A DNA stretch of 62,695 bases, counting the filler. It is 7 parts of 7 records of this genome, joined end to end, with 100 filler letters (N's around TTAATTAATTAA, not from the genome) between each part and the next. Parts side by side here need not be neighbours in the genome. Positions count along the whole stretch, not along the records: positions 15,737 to 25,193 come from SRR31156797_25228; positions 25,294 to 31,931 come from SRR31156797_25233; 5 more parts are not named here. The stretch is one strand, 5' to 3'. The position numbers and the translations under genes were made by a program. The notes beneath the pieces were generated by a model. The model searched no databases. It worked only from the letters and a program-made list of their open reading frames with translations, and had not been told where the DNA came from. This document shows positions 21,001-29,688 of this stretch, piece after piece (position 1 is the first letter of the stretch; the number at the start of each line of letters is the position of its first letter).

Positions 21001-22107
21001 TCGATAAACGCAGATTCTATTACATACGGTGACATATTCACCACATCGATCAACTACTCCGGCACTGTCTCCGGTGGAACAGATATAACTGGCACCACCA
21101 CATACACTGTACTCGATGCAAGCAACAACGATGTCACAATACAAGCAGAAGCTGGCACTCTCGGTGCAGGAACATACACCGTAGCAACGACTCTGACAGA
21201 TGACAACTACACAGCATCGGGCTCCACGACCACATTCACCATAGGCAAGAAAGAGCTCAGTTACACTCTCAGCTCCGACACCATGACCTACGGTGATACA
21301 TTCAGCATAACAGCCGAATACACTGGTACAATCGCAGACATTAGCGGTTCTACAGAATTCACTGTATACGATGCTAACAACAATGACGTAACAGCAGATG
21401 CAGAAGCTGGCACTCTCGGTGCTGGAATATACACCGTAGGTACGACTCTAACAGATAATAACTACACAGCATCGGGTTCCACAACTACATTCACTGTGAA
21501 TAAGAAGACCCTCAGCTATACGCTCTCACCATCCACTCTGATGTACGGCACAGAACTGGACTCTGTCAGCATCAGCTACGAAGGTAATCCTGATGATATT
21601 TCAGGCACACTGACATACACAGTACTAGACCTATACGGCAACGATGTGACAGCAGACGCAGAAGCGGGCAAGCTGAAGGAAGGAACATATACCATCACAG
21701 CCAGCCTGACAGATAACAACTACCTGCTGTCGGAAACAGAGTATCAGATGGTAGTAAAGGCTAATGAAAAGTTCGATGAGGTAGCCAGTATCACTCCGGC
21801 GATCTTTAACAACATAGCTATACAGCCTAGTATACCAGTAGGAGGGGGATCAGAAATTGGTGATTCCTTTGGTGGAGGCACATCTAGCCTTGACAGATTC
21901 TCTGAGTCGCTGGGCGATGACACAGGGGCTTCTTCTGGCGAGCAAACTGGCGGATCAGCAGCAGGCGCATCCGGAGATACCGGCGGTAGCTCTGGCTCTG
22001 ATGGAGAGGGAGGATCAACAGGATATGTTGATGCTGGCAGCGGATTTGCCAACAGTTATTCTGGCCTTGTTGAGATAATCAATGGCGGAATCAGCGTGCC
22101 GGAATAA
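18064..22107 (+). CDS. Two-partner secretion exoprotein TpsA (haemagglutinin-type TPS domain, GLUG-like motifs, C-terminal repeats)
   Basis: INWQSFNI, LNRV.G, NGQVFLLNSNG, WLIDP; many VGGL.G...SYATG.V motifs. Confidence 0.9.
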   Translation: MKRLNPFWIIRKGLTFMVAASVLLSASVSEAGPAGGVVTGGNATITQTTETTTINQYSQNAAINWQSFNINSGETVNFNQPNVQSITLNRVVGNEGSVIDGALNANGQVFLLNSNGVLFGKNASINTSGLVATTMSLSDEDFMAENYSFSDASDASIINMGTISIADAGYAALLGSDVQNSGKISAVKGKIYMTGADSATINLNGNSLVSLTVDKSTVDSLVQNSGAVIANGGDIYLTTSSAEDLVAGVVNNTGLVQAESIGDLTGNVIIYAHGGAAEIGGTITTGSGEGFVETSGANMTIAEGASVTTGHWLIDPTDITIDSAAADTLESQLSSGDASLEADETITVDADIDVDANTLTLTAGTDITVNSTINVNNSAEIDFEYGGDLTVTLDSGTVNLNDSSTLTINSTAYTVIRDYAGWSAMNSGLSGSYALGADLDLTGESYTVIGTSGSKFTGTFNGLGHTVSNLNINTADSEVGLFGYAYNANLSNLLVTNASVITSGTSAGILAGYIEGTSVSNVGVSGDVEGSMFIGGLIGDMEAGSSVTGSYSSGTSTGTSTSGIAPVGGLIGWIYSEAADVSVSDSYSSATVSGLADQAGGLIGYAQYTTITDSYATGDVSSDRFVGGLVGGMGGQSSVSGSYATGAIVATGAFAGGLIGKLYEANSLTNSYATGNVTGGGNYTGGLLGSVDTSTVTNTYATGNVTSTASAVGGLIGGTQGSTSNISGSYATGTVSGVSYVGGLFGILSASSALSDSYSAGNVTGTGNYTGGLTGYTSSSTSITDSYTNGDVDGNDYVGSLTGYLNGGTITNSYALGAVSGSSNVGGLLYYNSGTVTDSYFSSDTNPAMAEDTYNVAATESEILIAVHDNWDSGTWTDANTNMGVPLLQWQNITEISLDTDGTYTYGTGYGASDFLSDVADYSDYSYIVTDASDNDVTAYAEAGTLGAGTYTVSLLVKGEYNVTNNGSSFTIDKKNLDYSINADSITYGDIFTTSINYSGTVSGGTDITGTTTYTVLDASNNDVTIQAEAGTLGAGTYTVATTLTDDNYTASGSTTTFTIGKKELSYTLSSDTMTYGDTFSITAEYTGTIADISGSTEFTVYDANNNDVTADAEAGTLGAGIYTVGTTLTDNNYTASGSTTTFTVNKKTLSYTLSPSTLMYGTELDSVSISYEGNPDDISGTLTYTVLDLYGNDVTADAEAGKLKEGTYTITASLTDNNYLLSETEYQMVVKANEKFDEVASITPAIFNNIAIQPSIPVGGGSEIGDSFGGGTSSLDRFSESLGDDTGASSGEQTGGSAAGASGDTGGSSGSDGEGGSTGYVDAGSGFANSYSGLVEIINGGISVPE
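20854..21740 (+). repeat. Four ~85-87-aa intragenic repeats in TpsA
   Basis: D...NDVT..AEAG.L..G.YT units start at 20854, 21115, 21370 and 21628. Confidence 0.85.
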
Positions 22108-22126
22108 ACAAGTGAAGGAATATAGA

Positions 22127-23806
22127 ATGAACATTAATAAACTGATTATAATAATATTAACTGTATCGTTTGCGGCTGTGTCCTATGCCGCACCCATACC
22201 AAACATCGGAGATGTGATAAAGCAGGCAGAGCCACCACGCGACCTGCCCCAGAAAGAGAACGCAGTGCCGGAGATAAGGGAGAAGCTCCGACCTGCTATG
22301 AAAAGCGCAGATATGACCACCATATTTGTCAAAGGGTTTACCATATCCGGCAACATGTCTATCAAGACAGATGTGCTCACAGACATCGCCAACAAACCGG
22401 AGAATATCAATAAAAACATGACATTTGCTGATATATCCGCTGTGGCAGACCAGATAACAAAGTACTACAGAGCCAACGGCTTCTTTGTAGCAAAGGCATA
22501 CATACCTAAGCAGCAGATGACTAACGGCATCATAGAGATAGTGGTGCTGGAGGGTAAGTATGGCAAGATAAACGTAAACAATAGCTCGCTGGTGAGCGAT
22601 AAACGTATCAACAAGACGATCGACAAAGCCACAGGGCAAGATGTCATCACAGAGAAGATCATCGAGCGTCAGATGATGCTGGTGAATCAAATACCGGGAG
22701 CCAACCTGAAAAAGATTAACATCAGACCAGGGGAAGAATTTGGTACCAGCGACTTTGACATCAATATAGCCCCTACCCCCAGATTTTTTGGCTACTTTCT
22801 GGGTGACAACTACGGGCTTAGATACACTGGTGTCACACGTATACTGGCGGGAGCCGGAATTAACTCGCCATTTGGGATAGGTGACAAGCTGTTTGTCAGC
22901 GGTATCCTAAGCACTACGGGCGGACTGAAAAACGGCAGAGCATCATACAAGCTGCCGCTGAACTCCAGCGGGCTGACAGGTGCGATATCCTATACCAGAA
23001 CAGACTATTCCCTCGCAGAGGAATACGACTCACTCGATGCATCAGGTCAGTCTGATACAATAGACCTAACATTCAGCTATCCGCTGATCCTCTCAAAGCT
23101 GGAGAGTTCATACGCAACACTCACGTTCACATCCAGACAGATGGAGGATGAGGTAAAGGCATTTGAGATCAAAGACGAAAAGGACACTCTGGCGATAACA
23201 GCAGAGCTTAGCTATAAAAAGGTTTATCCTCTGTTTGGTTTCCGAAACACTTCGGAGCTGACAGGAGCCTATAAGCTGGGAAAGCTCGACTTTGACAACG
23301 ATGTAGCTGAAGCAACTGACGCGGCTGGGGCTGATACGAAAGGCACATACCACAAGCTGAACATCACAGCTAAACAAAGGATTCAGTTCAGCAGAAAGTG
23401 GAGCCTCACAGCTAACTTACAAGCTCAGCAAGTGCTGACAGACAAGAACCTAGATGGTAGTGAAGACTTTTCGACTGGCGGCGTATACGGTGTACGTGTC
23501 TTCCCAAGTAGTGAGCATAGTGCAGAAAACGGCTACATCCTGAACACAGAGCTGTTCTACAGACTGCCAAACTATAAGAAACTCGTCACAATGATCAGTA
23601 TCTTTGTCGACACAGCATATGCCAAGCCACAAGACGACTATGCTGACGAAGGCGGCAGAAGCCTTTCTGACACTGGCGCCGGTTTCTATGCATATTATGA
23701 CACATTATTCTTAAAAGCATATTACGCATACGCTCTGGGCTCTCAGGTCGAGAGCGAACCAAAGTATGACAGCAGATTCCTGCTACAGGCGGGGCTCACA
23801 TTTTAA
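22127..23806 (+). CDS. TpsB transporter (ShlB/FhaC/HecB family)
   Basis: Signal peptide, POTRA (YYR..GF..A.AYIP.Q), DNYG, GG..GVR.F, C-terminal Phe. Start set at ATG 22127. Confidence 0.92.
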   Translation: MNINKLIIIILTVSFAAVSYAAPIPNIGDVIKQAEPPRDLPQKENAVPEIREKLRPAMKSADMTTIFVKGFTISGNMSIKTDVLTDIANKPENINKNMTFADISAVADQITKYYRANGFFVAKAYIPKQQMTNGIIEIVVLEGKYGKINVNNSSLVSDKRINKTIDKATGQDVITEKIIERQMMLVNQIPGANLKKINIRPGEEFGTSDFDINIAPTPRFFGYFLGDNYGLRYTGVTRILAGAGINSPFGIGDKLFVSGILSTTGGLKNGRASYKLPLNSSGLTGAISYTRTDYSLAEEYDSLDASGQSDTIDLTFSYPLILSKLESSYATLTFTSRQMEDEVKAFEIKDEKDTLAITAELSYKKVYPLFGFRNTSELTGAYKLGKLDFDNDVAEATDAAGADTKGTYHKLNITAKQRIQFSRKWSLTANLQAQQVLTDKNLDGSEDFSTGGVYGVRVFPSSEHSAENGYILNTELFYRLPNYKKLVTMISIFVDTAYAKPQDDYADEGGRSLSDTGAGFYAYYDTLFLKAYYAYALGSQVESEPKYDSRFLLQAGLTF

Positions 23807-23816
23807 TAACTGACTC

Positions 23817-23843
23817 AAGCCCGGTGTAAAAGCTGGGCTTTTT
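23817..23843 (+). terminator. Rho-independent terminator after tpsB
   Basis: AAGCCCGG-tgtaaaag-CTGGGCTT then a T tract. Confidence 0.75.
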
Positions 23844-24179
23844 CATAACTCATTACAGGTGTTCACGTATGAATTCAGGGCGGTTAGTGGTAATGCTTGA
23901 TGCTCTGGCATCTATCAATCTGCTAGCATCCGCCGGATCGTCTATCATCCACACGTTTTAAAAATATCTGAAGTACATTGAGCACCAGCGACGTATCCAT
24001 CCTATGGCTAAAAGATCAGCTGTAATAACCGCTACGGAATATTCTTAATACTTTACATCGTAGGTGGATACAGAAACGCTCCCGGAGTCCGCAGCGAAGA
24101 AGACCTCTCCCTTTTTTAAGATATCTCGCTCCTGTTAGAGCCGATTTGGCAAGCATACTTGAGTTGATTTCAAGATCAT

Positions 24180-24200
24180 TTCGATCCCCACCGCCTCCAT
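24180..24200 (+). other. tmRNA 3'-end fragment, putative att core
   Basis: TTCGATCCCCACCGCCTCCA fits a T-loop plus acceptor 3' strand; the 5' T-stem strand and the rest of the gene are absent. Confidence 0.6.
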
Positions 24201-24471
24201 TTTTATTCTCTTTATTATCAATGACTTATATTTCAAATAGGCCGTTTTCGTAATATTTTCGTACAGATTTATCCTTGTTTATCAACGACTTACAATGGGC
24301 TCATTTTCTGAAAAAGTTAACTGCTTTATTATAAGTGAGTTAAGATGCATTATAATTTATTCACACACCCAATTGTACTACATCATATAAATTAAGAGTC
24401 TCAATAATTGAGGTCATCAGTATCACAAAGTGATATTATCAACTATATGCAAACATAGAGGGTGCCTAAAA

Positions 24472-25131
24472 ATGAGTAACATTGAAGACCTTGTTAAAGA
24501 CGGATTCAGTTCCGAGCTTAAATCAAGTAATGATTTAGCATTTGTATCATTAAAAATAGCTTTGACAGCTTATTACTCAACATATCAGTCAATGCAAATC
24601 TATTTTAGTTGGCATTATGATGATAGTGAACTTTCTGACGCTGATTTAGATGATAAATATCCTTATTCCTATTTTGAGTTATATGCCGAAACAATTGTAC
24701 ATTTTCAACATTTTTTTGAGTTACTTTTTAAACAAATATTGAGAAACATTCATGCTCTGTTAGCAACTGACACAAGCAATAAACATGACCTACTATTTAA
24801 GCTACTACATAATGCGCCAGTAACTGAAGAGGAACAAAATAAATTAAACTCAATAGAGTTCAGTAAAGCTCTTGAACGACTGACAAGCTTAATAAAAAAA
24901 GAATTGATTGCCAATCATATCGAACTTCAATTTATTAAGGATCATCATAAAGTATTTTCTGAACTAAACGCGTTAAGAAATCGCATTTGGCATTGGGGTA
25001 CTTATATTCTCCGATATAAGTCTTTAGACATTTTTATAGGAAAACACATCCTCCCTTTATTAATTGAGTTCTCAAAACTCGCTTCATTTAAAAACCTAAA
25101 TTTTACTTGGCAATATAACACCCCTAACTGA
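24472..25131 (+). pseudogene. Hypothetical protein with a HEPN-like RxxxxH motif, truncated by the element end
   Basis: LRNRIWH motif; AT-rich; the stop TGA is the first 3 nt of the inverted repeat. Confidence 0.6.
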
Positions 25132-25154
25132 ATTGCCACTGAATTAGTAGAGAC
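25129..25154 (+). repeat. Left terminal inverted repeat, IS3-family-like
   Basis: TGAATTGCCACTGAATTAGTAGAGAC, 21/26 identical to the reverse complement of 16569-16594. Confidence 0.82.
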
Positions 25155-25172
25155 ATTATAACTTTATATCAT

Positions 25173-25193
25173 ACATAATCATTATATTTGAAA
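25173..25193 (+). repeat. 21-bp terminal direct repeat of contig 3, right copy
   Basis: Identical to 15737-15757. Confidence 0.95.
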
Positions 25194-25293
25194 NNNNNNN
25201 NNNNNNNNNNNNNNNNNNNNNNNNNNNNNNNNNNNNNTTAATTAATTAANNNNNNNNNNNNNNNNNNNNNNNNNNNNNNNNNNNNNNNNNNNN
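25194..25293. other. Artificial contig spacer
   Basis: Same linker. Confidence 0.98.
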
Positions 25294-25313
25294 GGTGGGA
25301 GCGCCCGGAGGGC

Positions 25314-25348
25314 GAGTTTTGAGTGTTTAGTGTTGAGTTTGTAGTTTG
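25314..25348 (+). repeat. Degenerate heptamer tandem repeat
   Basis: GAGTTTT GAGTGTT TAGTGTT GAGTTTG TAGTTTG. Confidence 0.7.
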
Positions 25349-25432
25349 TGGGATGGGCAGGCATGTCCTGAGCGATGTCGCACGGATTGCTGCCCATGCG
25401 GATGAGACTTCGAGGGTGAAGGAGAGGTAAGA

Positions 25433-28400
25433 ATGGCGATGGGCATCGGAAGAGTATTGCTGTTGGCGGGGGTGGTTTGGCTGGGGTTGGTGCCTTGCGT
25501 CTGGGCGCATACGGATGTGGTGCCCCAATACGCGCGCTATCTCATCGATTCGACGGCCGATCTGGTCATTGTCGACGTGCGGGAGCGGTCGGAGTATTGT
25601 GATGATCGGGGACACATTCCGGGGGCGGTGAACTATCCGCTGACTTCCGGCGTGCTCCAGGCCCGCTACCAGGAGCTGCGGCCGGAGCATCCGATCCTGG
25701 TGGTCTGTCGCAGTGGGGGGCGCAGCAACGTCGCTGCTAACTTCCTCGATTCCCAGGGCTTCCCGGAGGTCTACGACATGACGGGCGGCATGGATGCCTG
25801 GCTCTGGGAGACCGTCCCCTGCAAATACGCCGGCGGCTCCGGCACGCCCGGCGACCCCTACCAGATTGCCACCGCCGAACAGATGAACGCCATCGGCACC
25901 GACCCCAACGACTGGGACAAGCATTTCCTCCTCACCGCCGACATCGACCTGTCCGGCTACACGGGCACGCAGTTCAACATCATCGGCGTTGACCATGAGA
26001 ATCTCTTCACCGGTGTGCTCGACGGCAACGGCCATACGATTTCCAACTTCACCTGGCGTTCCGAGGATAGATATTACATTGGGCTGATCGGATACATGTC
26101 GGGTGAAAATGCCGAGATCAGGGACCTGGGGATGCTCGATCCGGAGATCAGTGCGGGATCAGGCCGTCATGCCGGCTCGCTGGTAGGCTATCTCACGCGG
26201 GGGACGATCACCCGGTGTTACGTCGAGGGTGGAAAGGTCGGTGGATCCGAATATATCGGCGGACTGGTCGGCTCCTGTGCAGGCAGAGTCACGGAGTGCT
26301 ATGCGGTTGCCGACGTTGAGGCCTATCGGTCCGTCGGGTGCCTGGCGGGGTCAAACCTCGGAGCCATCATTCGTTGTTACGCGATGGGACATGCTTCCGG
26401 GCAGTGGTATACGGGTGGCCTGGTGGGCATGGCTCAGAGCAAGAATACCGTCGCGCACTGCTATGCGGTGGGAACGCTGTCGGGTGGTGGCTGCACCGGT
26501 GGGTTGGTCGGTGCCAACACAGGATGCCGGGTCGTTGGATCGTTCTGGGATGTTGAGATTGGCGGGTACAACCAAAGTGAGGGGGGGACCGGGGAGACAA
26601 CAGCACGGCTGAAGATAGCGTCCACCTTCGTGGGCTGGGCGCCCGCCGATCGTGAAGCGCGCTGGACGATTGACGAGGGGCAGGACTATCCGAGATTACG
26701 CTGGGAAGGCAAGCCAGGAGAGGTCTTGCAGACCGCGTCGCTGTCCGATTTCCTGCCGGGCGCAGGGACAGAAGAAGATCCCTTCGTGATCGCCAGCGCC
26801 GAGGACCTCAACCGCATCGGGTGGTTCCCCTACCGATGGGACAAGCACTTCGCGCTCACGGAGGACATCGATCTCAGCGCCTACTCTCAAGGGCGGTTCA
26901 ACACGATCGGCGTGAGCGCCCTGCCGTTTACCGGTGTGTTCGACGGGAACGACCACTGCATCTCCAACTTCCAGTACAACTCCCCCTACAGCTCAGACTA
27001 TGGCTGGTATGTCGGCCTGTTCGGCTGTGTGTCGGGTTTGGATGCCACGATACACGACGTAAGGGTACTGGCGCCGAGGATCAATGTGCGGGGAGGATCC
27101 TACGTCGGTTCTCTCGTCGGCTGTCTGGAAAGCGGAATGATTCGCGATTGCCACGTAGAAGATGCGCGCGTCAACGCCTGCGGCGCACTTGGTGGCTTGG
27201 TCGGAAGGAATTCGTGCGGGGTTGTCGCGCATTGCTCGGTAACCGGCACGATCGTCGGGGACAGTTCGGTGGGTGGACTGGTCGGCGCCAACGAAGGCGT
27301 GATCGCGGACTGCCGTGCGACCGTGACGGTCGAGGGGGAGAAACGCGTGGGCGGGTTGGCTGGACTCAGTGCGAACTACAGTGCCATCACGAATTCCCAC
27401 GGCCAGGTCGTTGTCAGCGGCGAGCATATCGTCGGTGGCCTGGCGGGGTACAACGGCTTCTTTGGCGAGATGGCGAACTGCCATGTGAGCGGACAGGTAA
27501 GCGGTGACTACACGATCGGGGGCCTGGTGGGCGAGAACCGAGACGACAGCGTTCTGACCCACTGCTACTCGACCTGTGAGGTACACGGTAACACCGACAC
27601 CGGTGGCCTGGTCGGTCTCGAACTGTATGGCAGAGTGAACGGGTGTTTCTGGGATGTTGACCGCAGCGGCTTGGTGTCGAGTGCCGGGGGCACCGGTTTG
27701 ACAACCGCGCAGATGGGCGATCCGAACCAATTCCGGGACGCGGGCTGGGACTTCTTCGGGCCGGGGGATGGACCGAGCGACGTTTGGGCCATGGATGGGA
27801 ACACGGGGTACCCCGTTCTCTGGCGGGAAGTTGGCGAGGACCAATGGCCCGCGCTGCCGCCGTTCAGTGGCGGGCGCGGGACATCGGAGGCGCCTTACCT
27901 GATAGCCTCACCGGAAGACTTGTCCCTTATTGGTCATAATCCGAGATTGATGGAGGCACACTTTGCCCTGATGAGCGATATCGACCTGGCGGGCACTTCG
28001 CTGGGCCGCATCGGTGACCAAGCGTGCCCGTTCAGCGGTGTCTTTGACGGAAACGGCAAGATCATCTCCAACTTCGCACGCGTCTCGGACGGCAAGGACT
28101 ACATCGGTCTGTTTGGCTACGTTCGGGGCGCCGAGGCACACATCATGAATCTCGGGATGATCGATCCGGATATCGATGCGGGATGGGGCAGCTATGTCGG
28201 CTCGATGGTCGGCTATCTCAGGGGAGGCAACTTGAGCCATTGCTACGCCGTGGGCGGCATCGTGGCGGCCAGGGACTACACCGGGGGCTTGGTCGGCCAC
28301 AGTCAGGGCGGCATGTTGTCGCGGTGCTCGGCGACGTGCGAGGTCATCGGGGGGGCGCATCCCAAGGCGGCGCCGGCAATGCTGCCGTTCTACGGGAAGT

Positions 28401-28981
28401 ATGTCGGAGGGCTGATCGGACGAAGCGAAGGTCTCGTCGTGGACTGCCAAGCGGCCGGCACGGTGACGGCCATGGCCTATGCCGGCGGTCTGATTGGATA
28501 TAACTTCACGGGGACGGTCTTGAACTGCTGTGCGACCGGCCCGGTGGCCGCAGACCGTGTTGTTGGAGGTCTTGTTGGGTACAACTGGCTTTCCACAGTT
28601 GCCAACTCTTATGCGACCGGTGCCGCCACCGCACTTGGCTGGGCCGGGGGACTGGTGGGCGTTCAGTGGTGGGACGCTACCATCCGAGACTGTTATGCAA
28701 CCGGAGTGGTGCGCGCCGGCATGGAAGTCGGTGGCCTGGTAGGGCACGAAGAGGCTGCCGAGACCCTTGCTTCTTTCTGGGATGTTGGGGCAAGTGACCA
28801 GGCAAGTAGCAGCGGCGGGGCGGGGTTGGCGACAGCCCAGATGCGGACCACCGGCACGTTTCTAGCGGCGGGGTGGGATTTCGTGGGGGAGGTGGAGAAC
28901 GGGACGGAGGAGATTTGGTGGATCGATGAGGGGCAGGACTATCCGCGGCTGTGGTGGGAACGGGACGAGACATCCCTTTGA
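25433..28981 (+). CDS. Secreted rhodanese domain plus three GLUG-motif modules
   Basis: Signal peptide; DVRE, GHIPGA, CRSGGRS; three modules opening G.GT...P..I and closing W..D....YP.L.W. Confidence 0.85.
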   Translation: MAMGIGRVLLLAGVVWLGLVPCVWAHTDVVPQYARYLIDSTADLVIVDVRERSEYCDDRGHIPGAVNYPLTSGVLQARYQELRPEHPILVVCRSGGRSNVAANFLDSQGFPEVYDMTGGMDAWLWETVPCKYAGGSGTPGDPYQIATAEQMNAIGTDPNDWDKHFLLTADIDLSGYTGTQFNIIGVDHENLFTGVLDGNGHTISNFTWRSEDRYYIGLIGYMSGENAEIRDLGMLDPEISAGSGRHAGSLVGYLTRGTITRCYVEGGKVGGSEYIGGLVGSCAGRVTECYAVADVEAYRSVGCLAGSNLGAIIRCYAMGHASGQWYTGGLVGMAQSKNTVAHCYAVGTLSGGGCTGGLVGANTGCRVVGSFWDVEIGGYNQSEGGTGETTARLKIASTFVGWAPADREARWTIDEGQDYPRLRWEGKPGEVLQTASLSDFLPGAGTEEDPFVIASAEDLNRIGWFPYRWDKHFALTEDIDLSAYSQGRFNTIGVSALPFTGVFDGNDHCISNFQYNSPYSSDYGWYVGLFGCVSGLDATIHDVRVLAPRINVRGGSYVGSLVGCLESGMIRDCHVEDARVNACGALGGLVGRNSCGVVAHCSVTGTIVGDSSVGGLVGANEGVIADCRATVTVEGEKRVGGLAGLSANYSAITNSHGQVVVSGEHIVGGLAGYNGFFGEMANCHVSGQVSGDYTIGGLVGENRDDSVLTHCYSTCEVHGNTDTGGLVGLELYGRVNGCFWDVDRSGLVSSAGGTGLTTAQMGDPNQFRDAGWDFFGPGDGPSDVWAMDGNTGYPVLWREVGEDQWPALPPFSGGRGTSEAPYLIASPEDLSLIGHNPRLMEAHFALMSDIDLAGTSLGRIGDQACPFSGVFDGNGKIISNFARVSDGKDYIGLFGYVRGAEAHIMNLGMIDPDIDAGWGSYVGSMVGYLRGGNLSHCYAVGGIVAARDYTGGLVGHSQGGMLSRCSATCEVIGGAHPKAAPAMLPFYGKYVGGLIGRSEGLVVDCQAAGTVTAMAYAGGLIGYNFTGTVLNCCATGPVAADRVVGGLVGYNWLSTVANSYATGAATALGWAGGLVGVQWWDATIRDCYATGVVRAGMEVGGLVGHEEAAETLASFWDVGASDQASSSGGAGLATAQMRTTGTFLAAGWDFVGEVENGTEEIWWIDEGQDYPRLWWERDETSL

Positions 28982-29080
28982 ATCAAGCAGCAAATAGCAA
29001 GAATCAAGATTGCGGAATCGCCGTGTAGCGGCGATAACCTCCTCAATATTGCATTTTTCGCTTTGCCTTTTGATTTTGCA
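28981..29080. repeat. Opposed heptamer arrays around a GC hairpin
   Basis: AATCAAG CAGCAAA TAGCAAG AATCAAG ... ATCGCCG-tgtag-CGGCGAT ... CGCTTTG CCTTTTG ATTTTG. Confidence 0.55.
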
Positions 29081-29154
29081 GGTTTGTAGAATCGACAGCC
29101 TTCTCACGCATGGGGTGGGATCGGACGGCCTCTGGGATCAAGGAGAAATTGACG

Positions 29155-29583
29155 GTGAAGGTAGGACGCAGGACAATGTTGTCGGTGGCGAGTCTCTTTC
29201 TGATGGTTTTGGGTGTCGGTGCTTGCGCTCGCATGGACGTGACGCCGGAGAAGGCACAGAAGCTCATCGCCTCCAGGAACGATCTCGTGGTAATCGACGT
29301 GCGCGAGCCGTCCGAGTTTTGCGATACGCGCGGGCATATTCCGGGGGCGTTGAACTACCCGTACACTTCCGGCGTTCTCGCGGCCCGCTACGAAGAGTTG
29401 CCGAAGGATCAGCCGATCCTGGTGGTCTGCCGCAGTGGACGCCGCAGCGAACTGGCCGTCGAACTGCTCCGGTCCGAGGGCTTTGCGAAGGTGTACGACA
29501 TGACCGGTGGCATGAAGGCCTGGCCCTGGGAGACCGCTCCCTGCGAAGCGGCCACCGACAGCAATGCGCCGGTTGCTCGGTGA
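29155..29583 (+). CDS. Exported single-domain rhodanese, possible lipoprotein
   Basis: SD AGGAG then GTG 29155; signal peptide with VGAC; DVRE, GHIPGA, CRSGRRS. Confidence 0.85.
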   Translation: MKVGRRTMLSVASLFLMVLGVGACARMDVTPEKAQKLIASRNDLVVIDVREPSEFCDTRGHIPGALNYPYTSGVLAARYEELPKDQPILVVCRSGRRSELAVELLRSEGFAKVYDMTGGMKAWPWETAPCEAATDSNAPVAR

Positions 29584-29688
29584 CATATCACCACCGCCGC
29601 TATCATCTGTCTTGGATTAGCATGGGCAACGAGTTGCCCATCCTACCGTCTACGCAATACGCGCGACGCACGACACAAGACGAATCGA

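Noticed and set aside
18064-23806. TpsA/TpsB as a CDI toxin system
   Set aside because: No VENN-type pretoxin motif, no toxin domain and no immunity gene.
26660-28960. Repeated GA(C/T)GAGGGGCAGGACTATCCG as a DGR template/variable pair
   Set aside because: Both copies are in-frame module ends, differences are not adenine-specific, and there is no reverse transcriptase.
18064-28981. Two GLUG-rich proteins near each other as one system
   Set aside because: They are on different contigs with very different composition; the proximity is artificial.
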